NCBI GenBank assembly: GCA_038245785.1
Contig: JBBRSB010000030.1
Location: forward strand, 386-64,385
Length of the DNA stretch: 64,000 bases
Source of the DNA: Gloeobacterales cyanobacterium
Lineage (GTDB): Bacteria; Cyanobacteriota; Cyanobacteriia; Gloeobacterales; PMM-0068
Direction: 5' to 3'
The notes under the pieces were generated by a model, which had not been told where the DNA came from, searched no databases, and saw nothing but the letters and a program-made list of their open reading frames with translations. Positions within the stretch are counted from its first letter, which is position 1; every line of letters begins with the position of its first letter. This document shows, in pieces, positions 19,337 to 28,370 of the stretch. Both the position numbers and the translations under genes were made by a program.

Positions 19337-20713
19337 TTACGGCGTAAAGTTCTTTTTAGCCGGGGGGGATCGCTCCAGAAATTCTTGGTAGATCGCGTCA
19401 TATTCCTTGGCTTTTTCAGGCTCCGGAAAGATGGTTTTTCCTTTTTGGAATAGCTTCTGGACGGCCTCCTCTACGGAACATTGCCATGCGCCAGCGGCGG
19501 CTACCATCGCTGCTCCCACCGCAGGCTGAGGATATTTGGCCAGAACCAGGGCTCGATTCAAAATGTTCGCTCGGATGGTAAGCCAGAGGGAACTGCGACA
19601 ACCGCCTCCCGTAGTGTGCACCGGACCTTCAAAAGTTAGTCCTAATGCCTGTAAACGCTCAATACCCAAGCGTTCGACATATCCTATTCCTTCCAAAAGG
19701 GCCGCATAAAATTTCAGGGACTCTATTTTTTCTTCGGGCCAGAAACCAGCAAACTGGGCATCTTGCACAGGGAATCGCTCCCCTTTCTGCCACAGGGGAT
19801 AACAGACTAACCCGGTCGGAATCTGTGCACTTGCGGCTCTGTCAAGGGCAGCGAAATCAGCTTCTGGAAAAAAGTGATTCAATGCTCCACCTCCACAGGA
19901 AGAAGCCGCACCCGGTAGCCAGCCTGTGCGGTCTGGATGCAGATGAGAATAGACCGAACCATCGGCGGTCTGGATTTTTTCCTGACTGGTGGCTTTGAAA
20001 ATCAGGGTGGTGCCCAAAGAAGTACTAATCTGTCCAGGCCCAATCGCTCCTGTGGCTAGCTGACCTGCGCAGCCATCCGTTAATCCAGCAACCAGCAAGA
20101 CCTCCGGGCCAAGTTCCCAATCAGGGGATGCATACCCAAGAACCGTACCGGGCGCAACGACCTTAGGAAATTTCTCAACGGTCAACTGATGGGACGCTAA
20201 CCAATCAGCAGGCCAGCGATAACGGTCCAGGTCAAATCCACTTTTCAGCGCCGAGGTATGGTCCGTAATCTGCGGTTCAGCCCCCAATTTATGAAGCAAA
20301 AAATCATTAGGATGAGCTAAGTAACTCTCTGCATATTTCTTAGGAAAGGTTTGTGCCCACCATAGCCAGCGGCTCAACCCCCAACTACTGGATATGCCCA
20401 GTTGTTGGGCCTGTGTTTTACCGCGTGGATCGTCGTATAGCCAGGCATGAGCTAGAGGATTACCTTGGTGGTCCACCGCCAGAATCGTACCGGAAGTACC
20501 GCAAATACTCAGGGCTGTGATTTGTTCTTGTTTAAGCTTTATTTTGACCTGTTGCAGTATTTGCCTCAAGCTTCCTAACCACTGCTGAGGGACAGTCTCT
20601 GGCTTTGCCCATACCTGAGAAGCTTCAGCCCGCAGCTCTCCTTGCGAGTCAATGGCGACGACTCGGAGGCCAGAGGTACCGAGGTCAATACCTAAGAAAA
20701 CAGGAACGTTCAC
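19337..20713 (-). CDS. FGGY-family carbohydrate kinase
   Basis: 458 aa with N-terminal GIDLGTSGLRV and C-terminal TTGGGCRSSLW motifs of FGGY kinases. Confidence 0.8.
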   Translation of the reverse strand: MNVPVFLGIDLGTSGLRVVAIDSQGELRAEASQVWAKPETVPQQWLGSLRQILQQVKIKLKQEQITALSICGTSGTILAVDHQGNPLAHAWLYDDPRGKTQAQQLGISSSWGLSRWLWWAQTFPKKYAESYLAHPNDFLLHKLGAEPQITDHTSALKSGFDLDRYRWPADWLASHQLTVEKFPKVVAPGTVLGYASPDWELGPEVLLVAGLTDGCAGQLATGAIGPGQISTSLGTTLIFKATSQEKIQTADGSVYSHLHPDRTGWLPGAASSCGGGALNHFFPEADFAALDRAASAQIPTGLVCYPLWQKGERFPVQDAQFAGFWPEEKIESLKFYAALLEGIGYVERLGIERLQALGLTFEGPVHTTGGGCRSSLWLTIRANILNRALVLAKYPQPAVGAAMVAAAGAWQCSVEEAVQKLFQKGKTIFPEPEKAKEYDAIYQEFLERSPPAKKNFTP

Positions 20714-21009
20714 AGTTTTTCAGTAGTGTTCTTTTCCAGAAAGATACGGACTCCTTCGAGAGCTTCGCGGACGGTCGAGTAATATTCCAAGTCCCCTTTT
20801 GTATTCAAGGCTCCTTCATTGCGCGTAGCCAAATGCAGCAATTCCATGATTCGCCCCATCTCAAAAAGCACACGGGATTTTTCAAGATGCTCATATTCAG
20901 GCCAGGGACCATATTGAGCTTCCCAGACTTCGGGATTCTGATTAAACAAGCTGTAGTTCTGGCTGTACTTAGCCAGGATTTGTTCTAAGTCAGCCTCATT
21001 CATCGCCAT
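20710..21009 (-). CDS. hypothetical protein, translationally coupled to the FGGY kinase
   Basis: 99-aa ORF whose stop overlaps the kinase start by 4 nt (20710-20713). No motif recognised. Confidence 0.45.
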   Translation of the reverse strand: MAMNEADLEQILAKYSQNYSLFNQNPEVWEAQYGPWPEYEHLEKSRVLFEMGRIMELLHLATRNEGALNTKGDLEYYSTVREALEGVRIFLEKNTTEKL

Positions 21010-21064
21010 GTCTCACAAAACAGTAGTCTGATAGTAGAACTATTTATTCTCCTTATGGCTTTTC

Positions 21065-21457
21065 ATGGCTTTTCACCTGAGCACCGCTTTTTTGACGATT
21101 GCGACCATAGACTTTGACGACCTCATTGCCTTTTATCAGGGTTTGTTGACCCAAGAGCCCAAACCCCTTACTCCAAATGTCTATGCTGAATTCAACTTTC
21201 CTGGCTTACGTTTAGCTATTTTCAGACCGAAAGACTCTAATGCTTCAGAATTCAACCATTCAGCCAATAGTTCAATGAGTATCTGCTTAGAAGTAGATAG
21301 TTTAGAAGAAGTAATAGCGAAACTAGAAGAGTTAGGTCATGCTCCCCAAGGAGAAATTATGACAGCTTCTCATGGTCGAGAAATCTATGCCTATGACCCC
21401 ATAGGAAATCGGCTCATCCTCCATCAGGGAGACGAAAAGGCTAAGGTTTCTCCCTAG
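21065..21457 (+). CDS. VOC/glyoxalase-fold protein
   Basis: 130 aa with the beta-alpha-beta-beta-beta pattern and a C-terminal GREIYAYDPIGNRLIL typical of the VOC family. Confidence 0.6.
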   Translation: MAFHLSTAFLTIATIDFDDLIAFYQGLLTQEPKPLTPNVYAEFNFPGLRLAIFRPKDSNASEFNHSANSSMSICLEVDSLEEVIAKLEELGHAPQGEIMTASHGREIYAYDPIGNRLILHQGDEKAKVSP

Positions 21458-21473
21458 AGCTATGCGTAAGCAG

Positions 21474-21803
21474 TTATAGCAAAGTAGTCAACTTTTGCAA
21501 GACTTCGATAATTGTTGCTTCTGGCAAGGTGCAAATAAACTCTGCATTTCGTATACGCCAATCGAGGCTCTTAACTTGATCAGAAAGAACAATGCCTGTG
21601 ACTGCTAATCCTTTTGGAAGAAGAACTTCAAAGGGATAACCTTTAACTTGGTTCGTAATTGGACATAAGATAGCAAGTCCAACTTTTTTGTTATAAGCTA
21701 TTGCTGAAAGGATGACAGCAGGGCGGCGTCCAGCTTGTTCTCGTCCGGCTTGAGGATCCAAGGTAATCCAGATGGCATCACCGCGATCAGGGGTATAGGC
21801 CAT
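21474..21803 (-). CDS. mazF: type II toxin MazF/PemK endoribonuclease
   Basis: 109 aa. PDRGDAIWITLDPQAGREQAGRRPAVILS is the canonical PemK/MazF N-terminus, and the gene lies 5 nt after an AbrB-fold antitoxin gene. Confidence 0.85.
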   Translation of the reverse strand: MAYTPDRGDAIWITLDPQAGREQAGRRPAVILSAIAYNKKVGLAILCPITNQVKGYPFEVLLPKGLAVTGIVLSDQVKSLDWRIRNAEFICTLPEATIIEVLQKLTTLL

Positions 21804-21808
21804 AGAAC

Positions 21809-22051
21809 TTACCAGAACTCTTTACCTACGGCAGGTCCTGTTTGAACTTCACCATGAATATTCTCTTCAGTCACTCCCTCAAGGAGTTGTTCGAGCGTCA
21901 ATTTTTGTTCAATAACCGGAACTACTAAGAGTTTTCCATCAACAAGGGATACATCCACTAGGGAGTCTTGAGTCAAGTGGACTTCCGTCGCAAAGGATTT
22001 AGGAATGCGGAGTGCAAGGCTATTTCCCCACTTCTGAACACGAGCTTTCAT
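21809..22051 (-). CDS. mazE: AbrB/MazE/SpoVT-family antitoxin
   Basis: 80 aa. VQKWGNSLALRIPKSFA is the SpoVT-AbrB looped-hinge-helix motif. Confidence 0.8.
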   Translation of the reverse strand: MKARVQKWGNSLALRIPKSFATEVHLTQDSLVDVSLVDGKLLVVPVIEQKLTLEQLLEGVTEENIHGEVQTGPAVGKEFW

Positions 22052-22064
22052 TTCACTTACTCAC

Positions 22065-22089
22065 AATGTATCTACAAAGAAGATACATT
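22065..22089. promoter_or_regulatory. perfect 9-bp inverted repeat upstream of mazE (candidate operator)
   Basis: AATGTATCT-N7-AGATACATT lies 14-38 nt upstream of the mazE start codon. Confidence 0.5.
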
Positions 22090-22183
22090 ATTTCTTAGGG
22101 GAAGGCAAGATTGATAGTTGTGGATGGAGTATACCGTCGTTCACTTTGGGGCATCTTAAGCATGAAGTCTCAAAACGCAGCTC

Positions 22184-22747
22184 GTGAAAAAAGTTTTTCT
22201 ATATGTTCTTATTTTGCTTACTGCTTCCCCAGTTTTAGCTCAAACATTACCTAATTGGCTTGAAAAACAGGTTCGTTCCGGTTCTTTATCCCGTCAAGAA
22301 GCAGTCCTTCTGTGGAAAGGAAGCCAGAGCATTCAGCCTAGAACATCTATCCCAGAGATAAAAGCAGAACAGAAAAAAGTGACACCACAAGCTTCTTCGG
22401 CATCTACTGTTGCAGCCAATGTCATGTCTCCAGATTGTCCAGAGTCGATTATTTCAGAGATAAGAGCGCGCTTCCCCTATGACACAATTGTCGATGGTCC
22501 GCATTTTGGGAACCAACGATATACAGAGACCTTAGATATTTTTGAGGGGAACCTTCGGAATATTAGTAGTGGAGATTCAGACAGTATGCTTGGCAGATTT
22601 CTCACAGCCATCAAAGAATCATCTCCATTTACCACACCTGTATGTGGTCGACCTAGCGGGAAGCTAACTGTTTCTGCTACGAACATCGAGAATTCTATAA
22701 AGCAATGGTCACTCAAAATTGCTCTAGTCAATTCAACATTAAAATAA
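22184..22747 (+). CDS. secreted hypothetical protein
   Basis: 187 aa with a signal peptide (LILLTASPVLAQ). It shares the post-signal motif LPxxLEKQVRSGxLxRQEA with the ORF at 43291..43545. Confidence 0.5.
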   Translation: MKKVFLYVLILLTASPVLAQTLPNWLEKQVRSGSLSRQEAVLLWKGSQSIQPRTSIPEIKAEQKKVTPQASSASTVAANVMSPDCPESIISEIRARFPYDTIVDGPHFGNQRYTETLDIFEGNLRNISSGDSDSMLGRFLTAIKESSPFTTPVCGRPSGKLTVSATNIENSIKQWSLKIALVNSTLK

Positions 22748-22802
22748 TAAAAACCAATAGATCTTGAGTAAATCCCAGTTCCCCACAGAATTGGCTACGG
22801 TC

Positions 22803-22950
22803 AGTGTACACAGCCCCCCTGCCCCCCAACTTTGGGGGGTTCTGACTTCAAAGTCCCCCAGAATTGGGGGATTTAGGGGGCGGTTCAAATGAAGATTTAA
22901 GCAGATTTAACTTGTGTGTACACAGTAGCCCAGAATTGGGGGCTAGGGGG
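22803..22950. repeat. cluster of short GC-rich repeat units, including a 34-nt inverted fragment of the 144-bp element
   Basis: 22813..22846 is the exact reverse complement of 4513..4546. CCCAGAATTGGGGG occurs twice (22857, 22930) and GTGTACACAG twice (22804, 22915). Confidence 0.9.
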
Positions 22951-22952
22951 GC

Positions 22953-22983
22953 AAAAAAAACGGGGCCTAAACCCCGCTTTTTA
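22953..22983 (-). terminator. intrinsic terminator downstream of rplB (bidirectional shape)
   Basis: CGGGG-CCTAAA-CCCCG hairpin flanked by A8 on one side and T5 on the other. On the minus strand the T8 run follows the stem, and the hairpin lies just beyond the stop codon at 22987-22989. Confidence 0.7.
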
Positions 22984-22986
22984 TTT

Positions 22987-23829
22987 CTAACGACGACCCG
23001 ATTTACTCTTGCGTCTGCTGATAATCAGCTTGCTGCTGAGTTTCTTTTTCTTGCGGGTCTTGTAACCCAGGGTAGGCATACCCCAAGGAGTACGAGGCTG
23101 TCCTCCAATCGGAGACTTGCCTTCCCCTCCACCATGGGGGTGATCCACCGCGTTCATGGTGACGCCTCGGTTATGAGGACGACGACCCAACCAACGCTGA
23201 CGACCAGCCTTACCAACCGTGATGTTCTTGTGGTCGATATTTCCGACTTGACCAATAGTGGCGTAGCACTCTTTGCGGACCTTGCGCACTTCACCAGAGG
23301 GCAGCTTGAGGGTGACATAGTCTCCTTCACGGGCCACCAATTGAACGGCAGCGCCAGCAGCCCGAGCCATCTGAGCTCCACGTCCGGGCATGAGCTCTAC
23401 GGCATGGACCGTCGTACCCAAAGGAATACGCTCTAGACGAGTAGCATTACCGACGAAAAAATCTGCAGACTCACCAGCAACAATGGTTGCGCCCACTTCC
23501 AATTTCAGAGGATGAAGAATGTAGCGGCGCTCTTTATCTTCATACTCAACCAAAGCAAGGCGAGCGTTGCGGTTGGGATCATACTCTATGGCGATGATAT
23601 TGCCGATGATGTCACGCTTGTCGCGCTTGAAGTCGATCATCCGATAGAGACGCTTGTGGCCGCCTCCCCGAAAACGAGAGGTGATAATACCCCGGTTATT
23701 GCGTCCTGCTTTGCGATGCAGCCCTTTAGTAAGGGATTTCTCGGGAGTGGATTTAGTGATTTCACTAAAGTCCGAATTGGTACGCGTCCGGGTTCCCGGT
23801 GTCATCGGACGGTAGGTACGAAGGCCCAT
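22987..23829 (-). CDS. rplB: 50S ribosomal protein L2, isolated copy
   Basis: [26 protein letters not shown]..., [36 protein letters not shown] and DHPHGGGEG are collinear with bacterial L2 and the frame is intact. AAGGAG lies 6 nt upstream of ATG 23829. No rplW or rpsS neighbours are present. Confidence 0.85.
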   Translation of the reverse strand: MGLRTYRPMTPGTRTRTNSDFSEITKSTPEKSLTKGLHRKAGRNNRGIITSRFRGGGHKRLYRMIDFKRDKRDIIGNIIAIEYDPNRNARLALVEYEDKERRYILHPLKLEVGATIVAGESADFFVGNATRLERIPLGTTVHAVELMPGRGAQMARAAGAAVQLVAREGDYVTLKLPSGEVRKVRKECYATIGQVGNIDHKNITVGKAGRQRWLGRRPHNRGVTMNAVDHPHGGGEGKSPIGGQPRTPWGMPTLGYKTRKKKKLSSKLIISRRKSKSGRR

Positions 23830-24121
23830 CATGTACTCCTTGATAAGACAGTGCGGGGCTAGGGCCCCTTTACTGAGATGAGCAGCACCGCGATAGGGAT
23901 TCCACGGCACTGGCAGATAGTTAAATTGGCACAGCCTTTAAATATACGACATTGGCAGAACGCACGCATAGCATCTGTTCATAGAAGAAACAAGAAACTA
24001 CGAATTTCATGAAAAGTTTTTACCTATCTGATAACTTTTGACGAATTGTTGGGAATTATAGACACCCAAGACGGTACCTACTTTTAGGCACTGCTTTTAA
24101 ATACTCCTCGCAGGGAAATCT

Positions 24122-24721
24122 ATGACTCCCTTGATTAGCCTTTTCGCAAGTTTATGTGCGGCCAGTGCCGGTGGAATTCGTGTGGGTCTACCCCTTTTAT
24201 TGATTGTTTTCATCAGTGGAGCCCAAACAGAAAGTGGGCTCGGGCAATTTTTGGCTCAACCTCTGATGTTAGTCATCCTGTTTGCTTGGACGCTGATAGA
24301 AGTTGTCGCTTCTAAAACAGCCCTTGGGCAGCGGGTTGTCCGACTGGTGCAGTTTGGCTTAACGCCCATAGTTGCTGGCCTCCTAGCCGCAGCTTTTTGG
24401 TCTGGAGATTTCTGGCCTGGTGTGGGCGTCGTTTTGCTAGGCGCGCTCATCGCCTCTGTTTTTCAACTGGTACAGAGTGGTTTTCTATTTCGCACGGGGC
24501 CGCTTCCCACCTGGGCTAGCTTCCTGCAAGATGGCGTCTGTGGACTGCTACTTGTCTTTGCTTACTATGCGCCAGAGCTCGGAGCAGGGGTGATACTCAG
24601 TCTTTTGCTATTGGCTCTGGGGCAAGCCCAAAGCTGGCGTAGGCCCACTGAATCCTATTTACTGGAGTTCCATACTGAACGGCAACTCACCCGCGCTGGT
24701 GCCCAAACTCCACGAGTGTGA
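24122..24721 (+). CDS. integral membrane protein (DUF4126-like)
   Basis: 199 aa with 5-6 TM segments. The N-terminus LCAASAGGIRVGLPLLL resembles DUF4126. Confidence 0.45.
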   Translation: MTPLISLFASLCAASAGGIRVGLPLLLIVFISGAQTESGLGQFLAQPLMLVILFAWTLIEVVASKTALGQRVVRLVQFGLTPIVAGLLAAAFWSGDFWPGVGVVLLGALIASVFQLVQSGFLFRTGPLPTWASFLQDGVCGLLLVFAYYAPELGAGVILSLLLLALGQAQSWRRPTESYLLEFHTERQLTRAGAQTPRV

Positions 24722-24772
24722 AATAATGTAAAGGATTGATGAAGGCACATCCTTTTGGAGGATTCCTCTGCC

Positions 24773-25186
24773 ATGGATATAAATGATAAGGAAGTAGATC
24801 AAGCAAATCAATCTACTGAACAACAAAACTCTGATCAAACTGCTGAAAAGAATATGTGGCAGAGCGCTGCAGGTCCTGAGTGGCTCTATGACACCTCTGA
24901 AGAAATGGAACAAGCCCGTGATGCTCTGTTAGGGGATTACAACATGTGGGTGCAGCTCGCTGGCGGTACCCGCGATGACGCCCTGCAGGTATTCATGACC
25001 GATTATCCCGGTGGTCCGATGGCAATTGGCGGTGATACCAAGCTCCGCGAGTATTTGGAAGCCCGTTTTCCTTGGGCTATTGCCTATAGGCTGTTTGAGT
25101 ACCGAACCGGGATTTTCAATGCCATTACATTTCTGGTAATGCTCGCCGGTCTAGGTTTTCTCGCCTGGTACGGCCTCAAAAAGTAA
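24773..25186 (+). CDS. hypothetical protein with C-terminal membrane anchor
   Basis: ATG 24773 is preceded by GGAGGA. The N-terminus is acidic and the C-terminal TM segment is IFNAITFLVMLAGLGFLAWYG. Confidence 0.45.
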   Translation: MDINDKEVDQANQSTEQQNSDQTAEKNMWQSAAGPEWLYDTSEEMEQARDALLGDYNMWVQLAGGTRDDALQVFMTDYPGGPMAIGGDTKLREYLEARFPWAIAYRLFEYRTGIFNAITFLVMLAGLGFLAWYGLKK

Positions 25187-25208
25187 ATTGTCCTCTTAGA
25201 ATACAGGT

Positions 25209-25685
25209 ATGCCCTCCATTCGCCGTCTTGTTTTAGGGCTTTCCTCCATCGCCCTGTTGTCTCTGAGTGCTTTTGCCGATAGTGCTTTTGCAGGCAAAAA
25301 CGATGACCTCTATGAGGGGAATAATATTTTTATTCTCTATGGAGGCAATGGCGCCATTATCCAGCCCCGGACTACGTTAGAAGAGTCTAAGAAGCGTAGT
25401 CAGCCTGTCGTGTTATTTTTTTACGTCAATGACTCTCGGGATGCGAAGCAGATGTCCCCAGTTATCTCTCAGCTCCAGGTTAACTACGAAAAAAAAGTCA
25501 ACTTTATCGCCATCGATGCCGATGCTTTCGTGGGCTTACCGAAACAGAAGGAGGCTCGCAAGTACTATCAAGGCAAAGTCCCTCATACTTTGATCTTTGA
25601 CCGAACCGGAATGCTCACATATAGCGGGCTAGGCGTCCGTCCCGCTCCAGAAGTAACAGCAGCGCTTAAAGCCGTGATTCCTTAG
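25209..25685 (+). CDS. secreted thioredoxin-fold protein lacking the CxxC motif
   Basis: Signal peptide. PVVLFFYVNDSRDAKQM sits at the position of the Trx active site, followed by FIAIDAD and KVPHTLIFDRTG. Confidence 0.45.
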   Translation: MPSIRRLVLGLSSIALLSLSAFADSAFAGKNDDLYEGNNIFILYGGNGAIIQPRTTLEESKKRSQPVVLFFYVNDSRDAKQMSPVISQLQVNYEKKVNFIAIDADAFVGLPKQKEARKYYQGKVPHTLIFDRTGMLTYSGLGVRPAPEVTAALKAVIP

Positions 25686-25720
25686 AACGTACTTTTATAT
25701 CCCCTCTAACAGATGCCCCT

Positions 25721-26209
25721 ATGAACATCTATCTTCCACACCTAGCCAGTCGGAAACCCCCTGTCCTCACCGTAGACATTGAGGAAAATCTTGCCAATTT
25801 ACCGAGCCTGACGCCGGTAAGAGGCCAAATGACGGTATCTCATCGAGGCAGTTTTTTGGAAATCAAGGGGCACGTGCAAACCATTACCAGCCTCACCTGC
25901 CATCGCTGCTTAGGCCAATACAATCACCGTTTAGAAGCAGATATTGATGAAATCGTGTGGCTACAAGAAGTGGCGAAAGCAGTAGATGAAGATTTGGAGG
26001 AGCTGGATGAACATTTACCGGAGGATGGGACTTTAGATGTCTATGATTTGGCCTATCAACATCTCAGCTTAAACTTACCGTTCCAAAATATTTGTGCTCA
26101 AGATTGTGCCGGAATTCTTCCCTCTGCAACTGATTCTGAGGCCACCAATGATCCCTCAGATTGCCTGGATCACCGTTGGGAAGCCTTGAAGAAGCTAAAA
26201 CAGGATTAG
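25721..26209 (+). CDS. yceD: YceD/DUF177 family protein
   Basis: 162 aa with CHRCLGQY...CAQDCAG cysteine pairs and an acidic linker. It sits in the conserved position upstream of plsX. Confidence 0.75.
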   Translation: MNIYLPHLASRKPPVLTVDIEENLANLPSLTPVRGQMTVSHRGSFLEIKGHVQTITSLTCHRCLGQYNHRLEADIDEIVWLQEVAKAVDEDLEELDEHLPEDGTLDVYDLAYQHLSLNLPFQNICAQDCAGILPSATDSEATNDPSDCLDHRWEALKKLKQD

Positions 26210-26256
26210 GAGAAAGGCACAATCCTGATAAAATCAAGCCAGTCTACCGGGATTAT

Positions 26257-27273
26257 ATGCGAATTGCGCTGGATGCCATGGGCGGAGACTATGCCCCTTC
26301 TGAAATCGTCCTCGGGGGACTCTGGGCCCGTGAGCAACTGGGCGTTGAGATTCTATTAGTTGGGCACACCGCCAAGCTAGAGAAAGAACTCAAAAAAAAT
26401 CAGGCCCTGGGAAAAGTAGAAATAGTGGAAGCGCCTGAGCAGATAGAGATGAGCGAGGAGCCCGTCGAAGCGATCCGCCGCAAGAAGAAAGCGTCTATTT
26501 CTGTAGCGATGGACCTGATTAAAGAAGGACGGGCTGATGCCGTGGTGGCGGCAGGCAATACGGGTGCAGCGATGGCCGCCGCCAAGATAAAGCTTAGGGC
26601 TTTGGTCGGAATCGAGCGGCCTGCTATTGGCGCTTTGCTGCCCACGCTGAAAGCAGACAAACGGGTCTTAATCCTAGACGTTGGTGCAAATGTGGACTGC
26701 CGTCCCCGGTATTTAGAGCAGTTCGGTTTGATGGGGGCGGTCTATGCCCAATATGCCTTGGGCGTTGAGAATCCACGAGTAGGACTCTTGAATATTGGCG
26801 AGGAGCCGACCAAAGGCAATGAACAAGCTTTAGAAACCTATGCGCTCCTGGAACGCAATCCCGCCATTCCGTTTGTGGGGAACTGTGAAGGGCGCGATGT
26901 CTTGATGGGGGCGTTCGATGTCGTCGTTTGCGATGGCTTTATTGGCAATATTCTCCTGAAATTTGCTGAGGGAGTGGGTCTGGTCGCTTTGCAGATCCTC
27001 AAAGAAGAGCTTCCACAAGGGCCGACGGGAAAGATGGGAGCCTTCATCCTGCGTGATAATCTCCAGCAAGTGAAGCGGCGTATGGATTACGCCGAGTATG
27101 GTGGAGGTCTGCTACTAGGGGTCAATGGAATCTGTGTCATCACCCATGGCTCTTCCAAAGCCAGTGGCGTGCTCAATGCCGCCCGGATTGCTAAGGAAGC
27201 GGTAGAGAACAAAGTGCTAGAGCGCATTCAGAAGAACTTTTCTCCTTCGATCCCACCAGGCCGAGCTGGCTGA
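26257..27273 (+). CDS. plsX: phosphate acyltransferase PlsX
   Basis: MRIALDAMGGDYAP at ATG 26257, plus AGNTGA and GFIGN motifs. The ORF-track start at 26161 overlaps yceD and is rejected. Confidence 0.9.
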   Translation: MRIALDAMGGDYAPSEIVLGGLWAREQLGVEILLVGHTAKLEKELKKNQALGKVEIVEAPEQIEMSEEPVEAIRRKKKASISVAMDLIKEGRADAVVAAGNTGAAMAAAKIKLRALVGIERPAIGALLPTLKADKRVLILDVGANVDCRPRYLEQFGLMGAVYAQYALGVENPRVGLLNIGEEPTKGNEQALETYALLERNPAIPFVGNCEGRDVLMGAFDVVVCDGFIGNILLKFAEGVGLVALQILKEELPQGPTGKMGAFILRDNLQQVKRRMDYAEYGGGLLLGVNGICVITHGSSKASGVLNAARIAKEAVENKVLERIQKNFSPSIPPGRAG

Positions 27274-27362
27274 ATGTGGGGAAATAAGAAGGAAAAAAGA
27301 AAAAGAGAGGTTACCTATGCCTTTTCAAGGCTACTGTGTCCTCAGTAAGGGAGTCATGGTTG

Positions 27363-28370
27363 ATGCAACTTGCCAAAGTTAAATTGACAGGAGTAGGAGC
27401 GGCACTTCCCACCCAGGTGCTGAGTAACGAAGACTTGGCAAAATTTCTCGATACTTCTGATGCCTGGATTCACTCCCGTACCGGCATCCATCAACGTCAT
27501 ATCTTAGAAGCCGACCAAAGAGTTACGGACTTAGCGATTAGGGCCGGAAAAGCAGCTTTAGCACAGGCAAAGGTGACTCCAGAACAGGTAGACCTTATCC
27601 TGCTGGCAACCTCTACGCCCGATGATCTTTTTGGGTCGGCCCCAGAAGTACAGGCGGGTTTGGGTGCCCACCATGCCGTTGCCTTTGATCTGAGTGCAGC
27701 CTGTTCTGGCTTTGTATTTGCTTTAGTGACTGCAGCCCAATATTTACGGACTGGTACCTACCGTCGGGTCTTGGTGATTGCCGCAGATGCCCTTTCCCGG
27801 ACCGTAGACTGGTCCGACCGCTCTATTTGTGTACTCTTTGGCGATGGAGCCGGAGCCGTCCTTCTTGAAGCAGAGGATGCGGATAGCGATGATGGCCTTT
27901 TAGGATTCGAACTGCGCACTGACGGGACGGGGGCTTCTCTACTGCGTTTAGAAGTAGATCCTTCCCAAGTAATCAGTCCTACAGAAGGTCTGACTTTGCC
28001 CCGCCAAGCCTATCAGACGATGACGATGAATGGCCGTGAAGTCTATCGTTTTGTGGCCGGCGCTGTACCAGAAATAATTGAAAAAGCTTTATTCCGCTCT
28101 GGTCTTTCTTTAGACAAAGTAGATCATGTAATTCTTCACCAGGCCAACCAGCGGATTATCGAAGCGGTTGCCCAACGCTTAAAAGTGCCTCCCAAAAAGA
28201 TGGTTAGCCATATTGCAACCTGTGGAAATACCTCTGCTGCTTCGATTCCGATTGCGTTGGCAGCCGAGATGGAAGCAGGCCGAATTCAGCGAGGAGCAAC
28301 TTTAGTAATGGCAGGCTTTGGCGCAGGTCTTAGCTGGGGAGCTGCTGTAGTCCGATTGGGTCACCTATGA
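27363..28370 (+). CDS. fabH: beta-ketoacyl-ACP synthase III
   Basis: Catalytic Cys in [11 protein letters not shown], His in ILHQANQRI and Asn in CGNTSAAS. Confidence 0.9.
   Translation: MQLAKVKLTGVGAALPTQVLSNEDLAKFLDTSDAWIHSRTGIHQRHILEADQRVTDLAIRAGKAALAQAKVTPEQVDLILLATSTPDDLFGSAPEVQAGLGAHHAVAFDLSAACSGFVFALVTAAQYLRTGTYRRVLVIAADALSRTVDWSDRSICVLFGDGAGAVLLEAEDADSDDGLLGFELRTDGTGASLLRLEVDPSQVISPTEGLTLPRQAYQTMTMNGREVYRFVAGAVPEIIEKALFRSGLSLDKVDHVILHQANQRIIEAVAQRLKVPPKKMVSHIATCGNTSAASIPIALAAEMEAGRIQRGATLVMAGFGAGLSWGAAVVRLGHL

Noticed and set aside
22803-22950. Possible CRISPR array among the GC-rich repeats (also 11672, 19297, 29476, 47740)
   Set aside because: The units are of different families, irregularly spaced, partly inverted and lack uniform spacers. 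No cas genes are in the window.
22864-23436. 190-aa plus-strand ORF in the track (also 23154..23381 and 23512..23862)
   Set aside because: It lies antisense to, or out of frame within, the strongly conserved L2 coding sequence. The product is low-complexity, and it begins inside the GC-rich repeat patch. It is a shadow ORF.
23937-23953. Sigma-54-like TGGCAC-N5-TT element upstream of rplB
   Set aside because: The -12 element is not TTGC(A/T), the orientation and distance do not fit the rplB start, and cyanobacteria are not known to use sigma-54.
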